The notes below the pieces were generated by a model. The model saw nothing but the letters and a program-made list of their open reading frames with translations, was not told the DNA's origin and did no database searches. From Nymphaea colorata (lineage: Eukaryota): a stretch of 64,000 bases of DNA. A program made the position numbers and the translations under genes. Of the stretch, positions 27,689 to 51,466 are shown one piece after another. The stretch lies in assembly GCF_008831285.2 (NCBI RefSeq), contig NC_045138.2, positions 34,348,001 to 34,412,000 of the forward strand, read 5' to 3'. The stretch's first letter is position 1. Each line of letters starts with the position of its first letter.

Positions 27689-29179
<1,491 letters not shown>

Positions 29180-30425
29180 ATTTCTGGTTCTCTGCTCCTA
29201 CAGAAATGCTCTTGTAATTCAAATGAGTTGTTATCTATGAATTCTTTCAGCTCAAGGAACCACCTATTTATACATGTTCCATCACATGAAGAAGTGCAAT
29301 CCTGACGTATTTCTCTTCATGCAAAACAGCCATATTGTTCTAAAAATGTTGCGTACTTTTTCAATCACAGCTAATTAGAACAATAGGTAGTAGTTGTTCG
29401 GTTTTATTGGTGGCTGACTTCAATCGGTAGGTTGCAGAATCTCACATTACATTGCAATATAAAACGGTACTCAGAAACATACCTAACTTTCCAAGACACA
29501 GCTAAACATTTGATAATAATAAAAATGCACCTAACTTTGAAAGCACGCCTAAATTTTTCCATGGTCGAACGAAAAAATTCCCCTGAGATTTTTTCGGCAA
29601 AATTGAAATTGAATCAGTAAGAAAAAGAAAAAACATATTTTACCCACTAAAAATAGCATACAAGATATACCGAACTTTGTGAATAAAATTCACGTTTCTT
29701 TATATAACTTTATAGCATTAACGAGGGAAAAAAAAATATTTGCACAGTTATTTTAGATATTAATAAAAACTAACTTACTTGGACATAATTAGTTGCGTAC
29801 TAATCTTATGCAAGACAGTAAAAGGATGTTATTACAATCTAATGACCAAAAAATTGTCTATAATAAGGGCATTTTAGTTGTTTATTGGGGAATAATGATT
29901 AACCTCCGGCCGAGTGCCGAGTGGCTGTTTTTTTTTTGTTAACGAATTAAGAAAGCCGAGGTGTGTTTTTTAAAAGTTAGCAGTGCTGTCTTTCGTTTTA
30001 ACCTATTCTTGATTAGGTGCATTATTTTTTTTGAAAATTTTTCTAAAATCAATCGGTATGGGTAAGTAAAGTAAGATAAGGATATTATGCGAAAGTATGG
30101 CTAACTGCTTTGGGTTTTTAATGTATCACATCCGCAGTTCACCAACTCATTTTGCACGTATTCAACAACTTTGCTGCTTCGCTTTCCTGCAAACCTTCAT
30201 AGCCTGTTTGGATGACTCCCAAATCATATCAATCCCATTGTTGTTGCAACTCATCGTCACGAGCATTATAAGCATGTCCGGAACACAGTTTTACGGTGGC
30301 ACGCATCTTATGATCCTGGATGTCCAGAACTTGCCTGATCAAATTGGCAGATGCTAAAGAGTAAATTAAGACAAGAAGGTATCTTGAAGGGGGTAAAAAA
30401 AATCGTGCGTTTCACGCATTGCATT

Positions 30426-30631
30426 TGTTGATGGATAAATTTGGAAAATGGAATAGCAAATCAGAATATTAAATTTATGCGCATTAGATTTAAGATGATA
30501 TTACTGGCTGAAGTATAAAATGACCTAAGATGAGGCTAGATATACTTCTTTGGCGCAGTTACTTGTCATGTTTTAAAGGATCCCTTTACAGAGCAATTCC
30601 CTTGAATTAACAAAGATGTATACATGGTTAA
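30426..30631. repeat. ~205-bp direct repeat, copy 1 (partner ~33029-33240)
   Basis: TGTTGATGGATAAATTT...TCAGAATATTAAATTTATGCG...GAAGTATAAAATGACCTAAGATGA...AAAGATGTATACATGGTTAA in both copies. Confidence 0.88.
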
Positions 30632-33028
30632 GAGTAAAATATTATTTTATAATATTATTCTATTGCTCAGAAATTGTTAACCAATAAGTTTTAGTGGCAC
30701 GACAAAGAAGCTTTTCATGTTTTAGCTTTTCCGTTGCAGGGTAGCTGGGTTCCCATCCCATTTTGTTGAGAAAAAAAATAAAGAATTAACAGTCAGATTT
30801 CTTGTTATACCTTTTGAGATTATATTGTGCAATTCTACTGTTCGATCATGTTATTGAATATTTCCAATTAATCACGAAGTTCATTAGGGGCTGTCCATTG
30901 TACATTGGTGGATCTGCTTTTCTCGCTCAATCTTGTCTTGCAGATGCATTGGGCGTTGGTTGTCATTGCTGATACCAAATACTTTGTAATTTGCAATCTT
31001 TCAAAAATTAACCATGATTATTTTAGATCGCGAAGCTCCCATGTATTAAGAGCTTTCATGTTTGAAGCCTACATACAATAATATCTTTTAGGACAACCAC
31101 ATCAACTATAGCGTTTTCTTGACAAGTAAAGGACGTATTGTATATATATATATATATATATACATTAGGGGTCAACATGTAGGGATGTTGAACGGCGTAG
31201 GTCAAATAGCGACATGGATCCCCTTACTTGTAACCTAAATCATGCATGTACGTAACTTTTTATTTGCGCGCACATATGGAAAATCCATGCCTATATATAT
31301 ATACACACACACACACTTTGCTTGGAAAGAATGGGAAATAAGAAGCAGCTTTCTTTAAAATTAAACAGATTCAGAAAATATGACAATTTATTATTTCAAG
31401 AAGTTGCAAATCTGGACAGTCCATTTACTTTTAAGTTAATAACAAAAGACAATAGTTTCATAGGCCATGCTTGATTCACATGAATGTACTTTCACTCCAA
31501 AGTCACATAAGAAAAGTCAGAGCTCTTTCCCTCCTATATTACTCCGAACTTACACCCGATTTCACCGCTCCATCCTTGTATGGTGGTGAAAGAACTTACT
31601 GCGTGTCTATTAATAATGATTGTCTAATGTATGGTAAGAATAACTTTTGCATAGAGCAATTGTTCAGAGAAACAGATATACATTTTTTTTTTTAAGCAGG
31701 ATTTTTCATCTTTCTCAAAAAAAAAAAAAAAAAAAAATCTCTCTTTTTCGCAATTTTCCATTAATTCTATGGACTCTCCTTTTTTGTTTTCCTTGTCACG
31801 TCGATCGATCAGTTCCGAGGCATTCTTGTTGTGGCACCGGGACTGAGCCATCGTGGTACCAAACGCGCGGGATCGTAAGTCCCCGACTCAACCTCAAGTT
31901 AACTGGTCGGTGATTCCTGGATTTCGACTCAAAATTCCCGAATGACTCATTAATGAGGGGTGGATAAGTTGACTCTTATTAGATTAAATTAGAAAATTAA
32001 TTGCAATTAGAGAAAATCATTGCAGAAGCCATTTCCCTCCCCTGTATTCGAACGAAGGTTTTTTCATTCTCTTATTTATTTTTATTATTTATTTGTTGGT
32101 AGGGGCCCTTGACTATTTTTGGTCGTCATACATGTCGGAAACCAACCATATAATCTGCTTTGGTCTCTTGTTTCTTAAAGCCTCTCAACACCAATAAAAT
32201 GTGATTCTCATGGTGCGTGCACACAAATTGACGGTTTCTTGGTGTTGCACATTGTCAAGGCAGGGTGGTCGATAAATCACCCACACCAGATCAAGGAGAG
32301 ATCGGCCTTAAGTTGTTAAACCAGTGGTGGTATTTTACAGGCGTGCTATAAAACATATGTATAACATCGCTTCACAACCGGCCCACTTGCAATTTATTCA
32401 TTGGCTTAGCGATTCACGGTCCGTCTTAGCTTCAAAGGCATAATCATTTCATGATATTGTATGACAAGAAGTTGCAAGAGATTCTGAAAATCATATGAAG
32501 TTGATCCATATGTGGATGTTGATTGAGGATTCCTTGAAGCTTGGTGGGGGGATGACCCCCTCATAGCCAGAGAAATTACTAGGCAAGGTTAACGAACGAA
32601 AATGACTACTATGTCGCGTAATTTGGTTCACGCCAGATTTAGATTTAAAATCCAACCTTCTCCTACTCGCATGTTATGGTAACTAATATATACAGTAACG
32701 TCTTTTATGTATATCCTCTACACGTTCGTATTCAACATGTTAGTAATAGGATCATGCAACCTACGGGAATAAATTAATAGAGGCCTGTAGTGTACAAGTT
32801 ACTGTTTACACAGACCTGCACAGGCATATTACTAAATGCATCCAAATGCACATAGAAAGGTCGTTGTCCCTAGGTTAAATTCACCATATTCATTATTCCA
32901 ACACCCGATAATGCTAAATATGTTAGATTGAGTTCTCCAATTATGTTTTTATATATACTATACTGAATCTAGCTTCTTTCTAAGCGATTCAATATGCCAG
33001 CAGTAAATTTAAGTCCAAGTAACGCAGT

Positions 33029-33240
33029 TGTTGATGGATAAATTTCGAAAATAGAATAACGAATTCTAATCAGAATATTAAATTTATGCGCCTTAGATTT
33101 AAGATGAAATTACTGGCCGAAGTATAAAATGACCTAAGATGACGCGAGATATATTTCTTTGGCGCAGTTATTTGTCATGTATTATAGGATCCCTTTAGAG
33201 TGCAATTCCTTTAAATTAATAAAGATGTATACATGGTTAA
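33029..33240. repeat. ~205-bp direct repeat, copy 2 (partner ~30426-30631)
   Basis: Colinear match to copy 1 with scattered substitutions and a short insertion. Confidence 0.88.
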
Positions 33241-33946
33241 AAGGTATCTCACGCATTATAGCAGAAATTACTCGCATTCAATTAGAATATGAAAGTAAAT
33301 TTCTTTACTTGGGAGTCACCAAGAGTCAAAACATGTCTTGTAGAATTGACTCGATTCTTCAAAGATACCATTTTTAGCCTCTAAAATAATTTAAACTCAA
33401 GGATCTTACTTCCATGTCCTCATGGTTTTGGGTGACCATGTCAGTCCTGTAAAATTTTCTCCATAATAGGACCTCATCTTCTTCTCATCAAGGCAATGCT
33501 TCAAATCACATATATAACGTGTCACTAACAAAGTTCCTACCAACATCTGAATCTGCATGCTTTGGACTTGTTCATTTCATCTCTACCTGATATCAAGCAA
33601 CACGTAAGGCGGTCAGAAAAATCTTGGCTTGGTTGTATTCGATGCTTAAAATTAAGAATTATAATAAAATTGAACAAAGCGGAACACTTAACATTACATT
33701 TTATTAAGTCCCATAAACTTGTTGAGCACATCCGTGGCTGCTAGCCTAGTCACAATATCAACCAACGGATATTCTTGTAATGGTGGGACCTTAATTTCAC
33801 AGGCAGGATCTTATTTTCATAGGTCGAAATAAAACGAAAGAAAGCGAAATCATTCAGAAGACATCACAAGGTAGGACGTTCGGTGAAACTTGAAACAAAA
33901 TATCATAATGACTTCACGCCGAGCTATAGGGCATGTGGTCAGCTTC

Positions 33947-35380
<1,434 letters not shown>

Positions 35381-36215
35381 TTTATCACTCTCTGCCTCCT
35401 ACAAAAAGGCTCTTACAATTCAAACGAGCTGTTCTGTGTGAATTGGCTTCGGCCTATAGAGCCACCTATTTATAGATCTTCAATCATGTGAAGAGGTGCC
35501 ATTTCGAGGAATTGCACTTCATCCAAAGCTACCATGTGCTTCCAAATCACTAAAATATGCATTTAAGTTAGTTGACTCTTGATCTAACTTATGGCGTGTA
35601 AAATAGACCAAAAAAGAGGAGTTGTTGGGTCTAGAGATCATATCAGAAGTAAAGTAGGATCCAATACCTCGGCCTGTTCGTCGGCAGGTTGCAGAATCTC
35701 GCAACCTGGCATTTTTTCTATTGTTTATACCTCACCAAATCCATAATATTGCAATTTGCTGTATGTTCCACCACAGTGCAAGCTTTGCTTCGTTAACTTT
35801 AAACCGTTCAACGGTTTGGAACTTTGGAGATTAATTTTTTCGCTTTTGTTTAAAGTTGGTGTGGACACCGCTGTTTATGAACTCTTGCCTTATTCGACGC
35901 ATTTGTTTGAGAACTTGACTGGAACCCTGCACATAGTCAAAATACAATGTGTACATAGACGGGTGTAGCATGCCATATACATGTATTTATTGATGCTAAT
36001 TAATGGTGTTGCGCAAGAGGAGGTAAATTTATAGCGCAACAAAAAAACATAGGTCCTAATCTACCTTTAGGAACCCATTTTGATTAATGTGACCCAAGGA
36101 CACGCCGTTTTTGCTTTGTACATGCCTGTGAGTACATGAAGTAGACTGTCACCAGCTGTGTTGTTCTCATAGTAACGGAGATCAATCATCTGTAGTTTCG
36201 ATGGTTAACCTCTCT

Positions 36216-36332
<117 letters not shown>

Positions 36333-39300
36333 CAGCGGAGATCAATCGTTATGTAATTTCAACTGTTAACAGCTAAAACCCAAGAAATCCAAGCTTCGTG
36401 CGAAACTTCCCCGCAACTTTTTGAGACGATGAAGATGAGTCGATGTTTCATTTTTGGTGGAGTTGAGGGAGGAAGATGTTGGCGAGAGTAGTAGCGGGGA
36501 AGACGTAGGTCTGCCTCTGGTGGCGCCAAGTGCTATCTTCTGGCGTCTAAATTAAGGACCAAAATCCGCAAATAAAGGGCTGGGAGAGAGCTCCAGCTTT
36601 TCAACTCGACCTGGCTTTATTATTTTGGAGGTTTAAGATGCATTCAACCAGATTCATGAGTGACAGTGACGGAAGGTTGGAGTTACTTAAGTACTTGAAG
36701 GAACTGGACTTGAGAGTTGGCTGAGAGTCCAACCCTTTCACGTCCCAAGGCAGTGAAGATCGCAGGACAAAGTGGAAGTGGCGGTGGGAAAAATTGTGCA
36801 GCGTCAGATTTGGGGACTGGGCTCCACTTTGCTTGTTCGATAACAATAGCTAGCTGGAAAGGAAAGTATTCAAATCCAAGAGTACAGAGAGTGATGAGGA
36901 TGGTAATGGAGATCGTTAATGGCAATTGGTTAATTGGAATTAGAAAATTGTAGGAGGCAGCGACAGCGTGCCCGGTGGAGGATTCCCGACGTGGAAGGGA
37001 GGTGAGCAGACGCAGTTTGTGCTTAGTTTCGATCATCTCCACTCGTTATTATAGCAACTCTGTAGCCTTGATTTTTAGTAACGTGATCGGATGAGATATT
37101 AATTAGAAATCGCTTAATCTGCAGGTGATTTTGGATGAGAAAACCAAAGATGATGGATCGTCCATCTTAATACAACACACCCCAACGTACTTTATTAGCT
37201 ACTTGGTGACGATCAAATGTAGGGAAAGGCAAGCACTGCCAGCTTCACAATCCAACCTGTCCGATATTTGTCTAAAGTTTTGGTGACTATATAATAATCG
37301 CATAGTTTTGGATGTATGATGTGTTTCGGAACGCGTGGCTTTGCCATGTCCATTTGTATTGTAATTGTATCAAAGGGGGAGAGGGAGAGAGAGATATCTG
37401 TTCAATTCCGGCAAAATATAGTGTATACATACAATAAAGATTGTTGACGAAATCTTAATCAATTGGAAAATATTCTAAGTTTGCTTAAATTTATAAAATG
37501 AAAAATGTAAATATACATGGGCCGATTCATGATATGTATGAGCGAGCTGGTATGTAATGACCGATACACGGGTAAGCGGACGGATACTACTTTTGAACAA
37601 CATTGGTTCACATTACTGGAAATGTTGATCATGTTATATTCTGATGCTAATGCTGGACTAGAAGGATATTCCTTCCAAGTTAGAGATAGATAAATTAAGC
37701 ATCATGTCACCAGATCTGGCGTTTGGAATCCTCGGACGCACGTGAAGCCCACCTCTTTTTTTTTTATTATTATCCATCATGTCACCATTATATATATATA
37801 TATCAACGACCCATTTTCTGATCATGATTGGCTACTTGTTTAATTAACAAGTGCAAATGAATTGCTATAAGCTGCAAGTTTGCATTGGAGATCGCTGTAA
37901 GCATGCTGGAAGAAAGTACAGCCATCCTTTCAAGTTTAGATTGAAAAGATTTTGTAGAAGCAATGCGGTCTGCTTGCATCGCTGTTTAATTAAGTCCAGC
38001 AAGTACGACCCATATTTAATTTTCGATATTTTAATGAACTCTGGCTGGTCTTATTTTCACCGAGCACATGGTTGCCGTCTTGTAAGCAGCCAACTCCAGA
38101 AAACAAGGTTGCCCAAAGAAAATTTAAAAAAAAAAAAAAAGCCTTTTCGTAAAAGGGAAAAATTATATGCGTCAGAATTTTTATTAATTTAAATGTTTAA
38201 TAAGATAGAGACTTGATTTCTATATCTACGACTTGGATGCCGATCCCCTTTCGGTGCATCATATTGGGGTAAAATAGAATTTCAGTGGAAGGACCTATCG
38301 TCATTCAGAGAAAGGCTTTTGTTGTCTTTGAATTAGAAGGGCTCGGGTCGGGTTAACTGCTTATACAACAACAAACAAGTTGATGACATGAGGCGGGCGG
38401 CGAAGTTTAGTTAAGTGGACTCAGAGTAAGGGGCAGGGGGCCGAGCGTCCCTAAAATCGATGTGTGAGAGCCAAGGAAGAAGCGCTATTAAAAGCATCAA
38501 AGTAAGTACAAGTTATTAATAAGACTGCTTCACGTGATTGTGATGCACTTGACCTATTTGACGAGTTCTTTCAAAATCATGTGACGGTCCAAAACTTCTT
38601 TAGCTCGTTATCCATGTGTCTCTTATTAGATTCTCATGACAAAGAAGCTTGTTGTCAAAACAAAAATAAAATGGGAAAGAGCATGAATGTTTCTAATAAG
38701 TTGTGGTAAACCGGCCCAGCTCCTTAGAAGAGAACCACGATCCAATTAGCTATTTTGTTTGCAATTAGTTGTTCGCCTCAACTTAGCCATCTTAATTAAT
38801 TATTTTATGGTAAGCCAACAGTACTGACCTGGTATAAGTTCATAGATGTATATAGTTTAGAACTCAAGGGAATAATAATATTTTCTTAACTAGTCGTATT
38901 ATGGATGCCTCTACCGAGTTCTTGAAAGCGACATCTTCTTCATCTTTCAATAAAATTTTAAACTAGGATGGAAATTGCAACGAACATAATCTCAACTAGA
39001 AAAAGGGTTGTAACTGCGAAAACTTGTTCTTCGCCACTAGCTGCCTGTCGTCAGTCTTTAAATAGCAAGGCAAGGCAGGTGCCATGAGAGCCCGGACGGA
39101 GATTCCAGTGTCTCGGGGTCACCATTAGATACACTTTTGTTTTCTCTATCCATTCATAACCTTTTAATTGGTATAGGTTGAATTAAAGTTTCTAAATTTT
39201 GAGTAAGGTCGAAATATCATTTTTCAAAATTTTATATAGAATAAGTGAAATTTTTTAAAATTTATTTGTAAATTTTTAAAATAATTTTTTTGAGGTGGGG

Positions 39301-41345
39301 CCAGGGCCCAAGTGAACCTACCTTCTCCATATTTGTGGATGTGGTTCACATATATTATTTGGTTCTTCTCATCCTTCACTTATTTGTAAGCAGTTTGTCA
39401 GTTACGTGACTCATGCATATACCATGCGAGTTTTTTGTTTGTACAAGTAATTAAGAAATTAGGCAATGCATAGAAAGTACAGGCCTATATGCTAAAATGC
39501 ATACACGAATAAAGTCCCTTCTACCAAGATATGACATGGAAATGTGCTTGAAAAGAAAGGAAAATTAAAATTTTAACATTAAGAAAAAAAGATGACAGGT
39601 CATTACTTCTATAATTTGCAAATCTGGACCGTCCGCTTATTTTTAAGATAAATATCACAAGTGACAGTTGTTTCCTTCTTATGCCAAGTTTGAATATTGC
39701 ATAGATTGTGCTACATGGTTCTACATTCACATGGATGTACATTCGCCCTACAATCGGATAAGGAAGTCAAAGCTCTTAATTTCAAGCTTACATTTTTAAT
39801 TCCATTTCAAAGCTTAAATTAAACCTTGTATTTCTGGTGACCAAGGAGCTCCAAGTTTTTCACACAGTTTTTTTTTTTTTAATGCTTAACAACTTGAACA
39901 AATATATATATATATATATATATATAAACCATGACTCTGTTTATTATTTTATTTTATTTTGTTGCCCTCATTTCTCCCCGGCTCATTTCCTTCTTCCCTC
40001 GCTCCCTCCCTCTTGCTAGTTGCTACCATGGCCATAGGCCACCGCCGGCCATTCTTGCGGGACGGCAGAGGGCCGGCGCGCCTGCCATCATCGGGGAATG
40101 GCACCGGCGGAGGCCTTATGGCCATGGTAGCAAAAGGGGAGGGAGGGACATTGTGGGTTCCACCCATCACCACCGTTGCCACCCGACGCCTCGTCCAAGG
40201 AGTTGGGGAAGAAAATGCAGCAGCCACAAGCCACCTTCCCCAATGGTGGCAGGACCGCTGGACTTCCACCATTTCGGCAGAGGTCCGCGGGCTCGCCGGT
40301 GTTGGAGAAGGTCACCGGCGGCTGCTGTGTTGGAGGAGTTGGGGGAGGGAGGTGAGGAAGGAAAGGAGGGAGAGTTGAGAAGAGGAAGGCGGGATCAGTG
40401 AGAAAGAAAGGAGAAAAAAATATTAAAAATGAAACATAACCAAAGTCATTAGACCTTTTAACTGCCTATTTGACAAAAAAAAAAAAAAAAAAAAAAAAGA
40501 GTATGGTTCAGTTCATATTATATATATAGCTGATTTAAGTTGGGAAGTAAAAAGGAGGCAACTCGTTTCCTTAGGAGAAAAGTATATCATCTTCATCATT
40601 CCTTTCATCCGTTTCCTTCATTTTATTCTCTTGTTGGGCATCAAACATGTCATTGCAAACGTAGAACCTGTTTTGGCCCTTCGTTTTTCTTCTCCTAGTC
40701 GTGATCAGAGAAGCAAACGAGTTGTTGGAAATTTTTAGTTTGCGTTCAAGATTGACCTTAAAAGTGGTCGGGAGCCAGCCAAGGGGACATCATGATCATG
40801 GTAGATGCCAAAGACAAATTCAGATGCATATTAATGCCGTTGCCTTCAATCCCATAGACGGAAATGGCAATAAAAGTTTCACCGTTTTTAGGAGAATAGA
40901 TGGAGGCATAACCAAGGTGTTGAAAAGAAGCTGCCTATTCATAGAAAGTGTGTACGCTTAAGAAAGGACCTGATGGAAGGTTCCCAAGAAGAAATTATGG
41001 AAAATCAAAGCTGAGAAAAGATTCGCAGGAACAAACAATTTATTCAAATTGATGACATCTATCTGGCAAAGCGGTTTCTTCCTCTCACTGAACACTAGAC
41101 GTCATCTCCATCGAGCAAACAGAACGGGAAGTGGTAAATGGATTTGATGTATTTTTTATGGATTTCTAAAAAGGAGTTATTTTTCTCTACTACAATATTA
41201 TTGCCTGCTTTTTCGCTTTTTTCTTTAGTAACGAGAACAACTTTCGTGATATCTGTTTCAGAATTTGAATCAACTCAGCAGTTATTATCTAGGAAATGGA
41301 TGGTCAGTTGGCTAAATATGCAGATTATAAATGAGTTGTAACGTA

Positions 41346-42474
41346 TATATATAGCGTTACAAAATTAAAGGTTTAAGGGGATTAGCACAAAATTATGGGA
41401 CAAACTATATCTAATAAAAAACATACTAAAACTATAAAAATTTCAAATCCGAAATGCTACAAAAATTACACCAAGATCATATAAGAAATAACACGGACAA
41501 AACAAAGAACAAAAACCACAAAATAGCACCACAATCCCAACAAAACCTACACAATCAGATCACGAAATTATCGCAAAATAACACAAGTAAGCATTTGGGA
41601 AAACTTAAAGTACAGGTTATAGAAGACATAAAATTTTCGTAAAGACCACTCCTAAACTGTACATTGCAGCACATGCAGATTGTTCAATGGATGAAAAAGA
41701 GTGACAAACTGCTATGAAACTTTAGCTGCGATAGAATCCTACGACAATAAAAAAGTAAGATTTCAAAGAAGATTGTAAATCCATCCATCTTAATTATTGA
41801 TTAGAAGGCATAAAAGTAAGACATGACACATGATACTCATTGCTCAATGTAACAACCATAGATAAGAATACTGACCTGTATCCCCAATGATTATGTACTT
41901 GAATAAGTATGCGTAAGACATTATCAATCAACACTTTTCAGGCTCTCAACTTACAAAAAACCTAACTATGCATAAACATACTAAAACTATAAAAACTCCA
42001 AATCCGCAATGCCACAAAAATTGAACCAAGATCAGATAAGAAATAACACAACAGAACAAAGAACAAAAACTACAAAATAGCACCATGATCCCAACAAAAC
42101 CTACACAAAAAGAGTTTGAAATTATCGCAAAACAACACAAGTAAGCATTTGGGAAACTTAGAGTACGGTTATAGAAGACATAAAATTTCTGTAAAGACCA
42201 CTCTTAAACTGCACATTGCAGCACTGCAGATTGTTCAATGGATGACAAAAAGTGACAAACTGCTATGAAACTTCAGCTGCGATAGAATACTAACGATAAT
42301 AAAAAGTAAGATTTCAAAGAAGATTGTAAATTCATTTACCTTAATTATTGATTTGAAGGCAAAAAATAAGACAAGACACATGATATTCATGGGTCAATGT
42401 AACAACAATAGAAAAGTACACTGACCTATATCCCCAATGATTATGTACTTGAATAAGTATGAGTAAGACATTAT
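41346..42474 (-). pseudogene. Inserted tandem array (550-bp period) of Rab coding exon 1 plus flanking intron/5' sequence; exon copies 41876-41921 and 42426-42471
   Basis: Colinear with ~50294-50868; exon copies read MSYAYLFKYIIIGDT and MSYSYLFKYIIIGDI, each followed by GTCAGT; TAACGTA at 41339-41345 and 42475-42481. Confidence 0.88.
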
Positions 42475-42695
42475 TAACGTAATAAGCTTCCACCGGTCGA
42501 CTTCTGATTACTAATTTTCAAAGCGAGCCTTTTCTGAATTTCCACATCAATATCCTACCTCTTTGGACCTCAATATGCATCTGTCCATTCATCGTCAACC
42601 TTTAGTTAGCCCAACTTGGCGGCTGGACGGTTTATTTTACTTTTTTTTTTAATATGGACATTATTTGAACAAAAGAAAAACCCACACTCACTCAG

Positions 42696-42698
<3 letters not shown>

Positions 42699-42738
<40 letters not shown>
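42699..42738. repeat. (CT)n microsatellite, about 20 units
   Basis: Direct reading. Confidence 0.95.
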
Positions 42739-42743
<5 letters not shown>

Positions 42744-43501
42744 GTTTTTATTCAACACATGACTTTTAGTTTATCATTTCCCGTTTTTCTTTTATTTTGG
42801 TTGAAAAAGAGCGTTGGGAAGTCAACCATAACATGGAGTCTGCATTGATTTTCATTTCAATTATTATTTGCAATAATAACGTACAAAACAATATGCAGAT
42901 AACCAAACTCCCGTCTTCCGCATCAAATATTACAATTTTTTTCAACTTCTCAGGCTTTAATGGGCACGTTCTAAAACAGGGTATATGATCTCATTTTAAA
43001 ATCTCATTAAAGAATAGTCTTCCCTTTTTGGTGTGATGTAGGCTGACAGCAGGAACTGACTGACCAAATCGAGTGCAGATCTGAATGAACCCCGTTGTTG
43101 ATGGAGATCAAGAATTAAGATCTACGCAAAGACCCAAATAATACCGGCTGGCGGTGCATGAGGATCATATACGAAGCTAAACACATTGAGAGGCGGTTTC
43201 TAATTGAAAACGGTTTGAAAACCTCCATCCGGTTTTCTGAACCATTTGCAGCATCACACGAACAAGACGAGATAGTGCGAGTTCCTTGGGAGCCAGAGAA
43301 GTACCAATCTAACCATACGAATTTGTCATCAAGTTATGCCTGGCATACCAGAGATGCCCTAAGCTGCTGGTGGTATGAAATAAGAGCTGGTACAGGAAGA
43401 AAGAAGATATGCCGAACTTAAAGCAGTGGGAAGGCAATGAAGAAAATGGAACAGGTGGTTTCCTGTTTCACCATATATGTTCTGTGCTCATGCCATCCAA
43501 C

Positions 43502-43622
43502 CGGAGCGCCCAGGTGGACGCAGGATTTTTTTTTTTACATTGAAAAAATCAAATTTTTTTAGATTGGCCCGACCTGCGAATCATCTTGGCCTGACCGTAG
43601 AAAAAATCCTAGCTCCGCCCTG
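43502..43622. mobile_element. Small hAT-type MITE remnant
   Basis: 8-bp direct repeat CATCCAAC at 43494-43501 and 43623-43630; imperfect inverted ends CAGGTGGACGCAGGATTTTTT / AAAAAATCCTAGCTCCGCCCTG; left end degenerate. Confidence 0.6.
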
Positions 43623-43927
43623 CATCCAACAAAATTACGTCAAATAAAAAGTAAGACACATGATAGGCTGCACTTGTGGGAACCAAGAAAAGGACTTAAG
43701 ACATGGCTTTATTTATAAGAGGAAGCGAAAGAACGACACAATGACAAAGTCGGAACATACATACAATTGAATATAAGGAACTCTCATTCACAGAATGTAC
43801 AAACAAACAGAAACAAGGATGGTTCACAAGTCATCATGACAGGGTTTGACGTCCGAGGGGATTGAGTTTAGATGTAGAATCACACAAGCACGAAAAGCTG
43901 AATATTCAATCTGCGGCCACCTTATTC

Positions 43928-50643
<6,716 letters not shown>

Positions 50644-51415
50644 TATCAATCAACACTTTTCAGGCTCCCAACTTACAAAAAAACCTGCCCATGCATAAAC
50701 ATACTAAAACTATAAAAATTCCAAATCCACAATGCTACAAAAAATTGCACCAAGATCAAATAAGAAATAACATAGACAAAACAAAGAACAAAAACTACAA
50801 AATAGCACCACGATCCCAACAAAACCTACACAAAAAAACACAAAATTATGGGACAAACTATATCTAATCAAAAGCAACCTCCATCAACTCACAAAAGAAA
50901 GGACAACAGGAATTCCTAAATCGAAAACCTAAACACAGATACCCCCTCCCTTCCCCCAAAAAGAGAAAACAAGAAAAATAAAAGAAAAAAGAGAAGAATA
51001 GGGTCGGGAGCATGAGAGGACAAACAAAAAGGAGACGCAATTGGGACAAAGACAAGAAGAAGAGGAAGAAGAAGCGGCAGAAAGGAAGACAGATCCAACA
51101 GTAACTATCAATCTGGAGATACACCCATCGGAAAAGGGAGATCCCCCACAGTCCAGCCACAAACAGAGAAAGCGAGATACCCGAGAAGAAGATCGCTGCC
51201 GGAGATGGAGAGATCGCCACCGAACCTAGGGCACCGAGAGGGAAGAGAGAGAGAGAGAGAGAGAGGAAGCCGGTAAACCCGTTAAGGCCGAGAAATGATA
51301 ATCAATCTCCAAAAAGACCATCAAACCCCCGGGTTTATAAGACTCCATCCCTTGCTCGGGTAAAACGCACAAGAGTCGGGGTTTTACCGTCACTCAAAAT
51401 CTATACAAATTTTAC

Positions 51416-51466
51416 TTAGGGTTTAGGGGGTTTAGGGTTAGGATTTACGGTTAGGGTTTAGGGTTA
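51416..51466 (+). repeat. Short interstitial telomeric tract, ~7 degenerate TTTAGGG/TTAGGG units
   Basis: TTAGGG TTTAGGGGG TTTAGGG TTAGGA TTTACGG TTAGGG TTTAGGG TTA. Confidence 0.85.

Noticed and set aside
36480..37042. ORFs 36683-37042 and 36601-36846 with a hydrophobic stretch and a GRVEKLELS-like segment, suggesting a decayed LRR gene
   Set aside because: No repeating LxxLxLxxN pattern can be assembled by eye; needs tBLASTn/HMMER.
39931..40450. GC-rich island with overlapping ORFs on both strands and weak inverted flanks
   Set aside because: No protein motif; looks like a transposon interior, but no convincing TIR/TSD pair.
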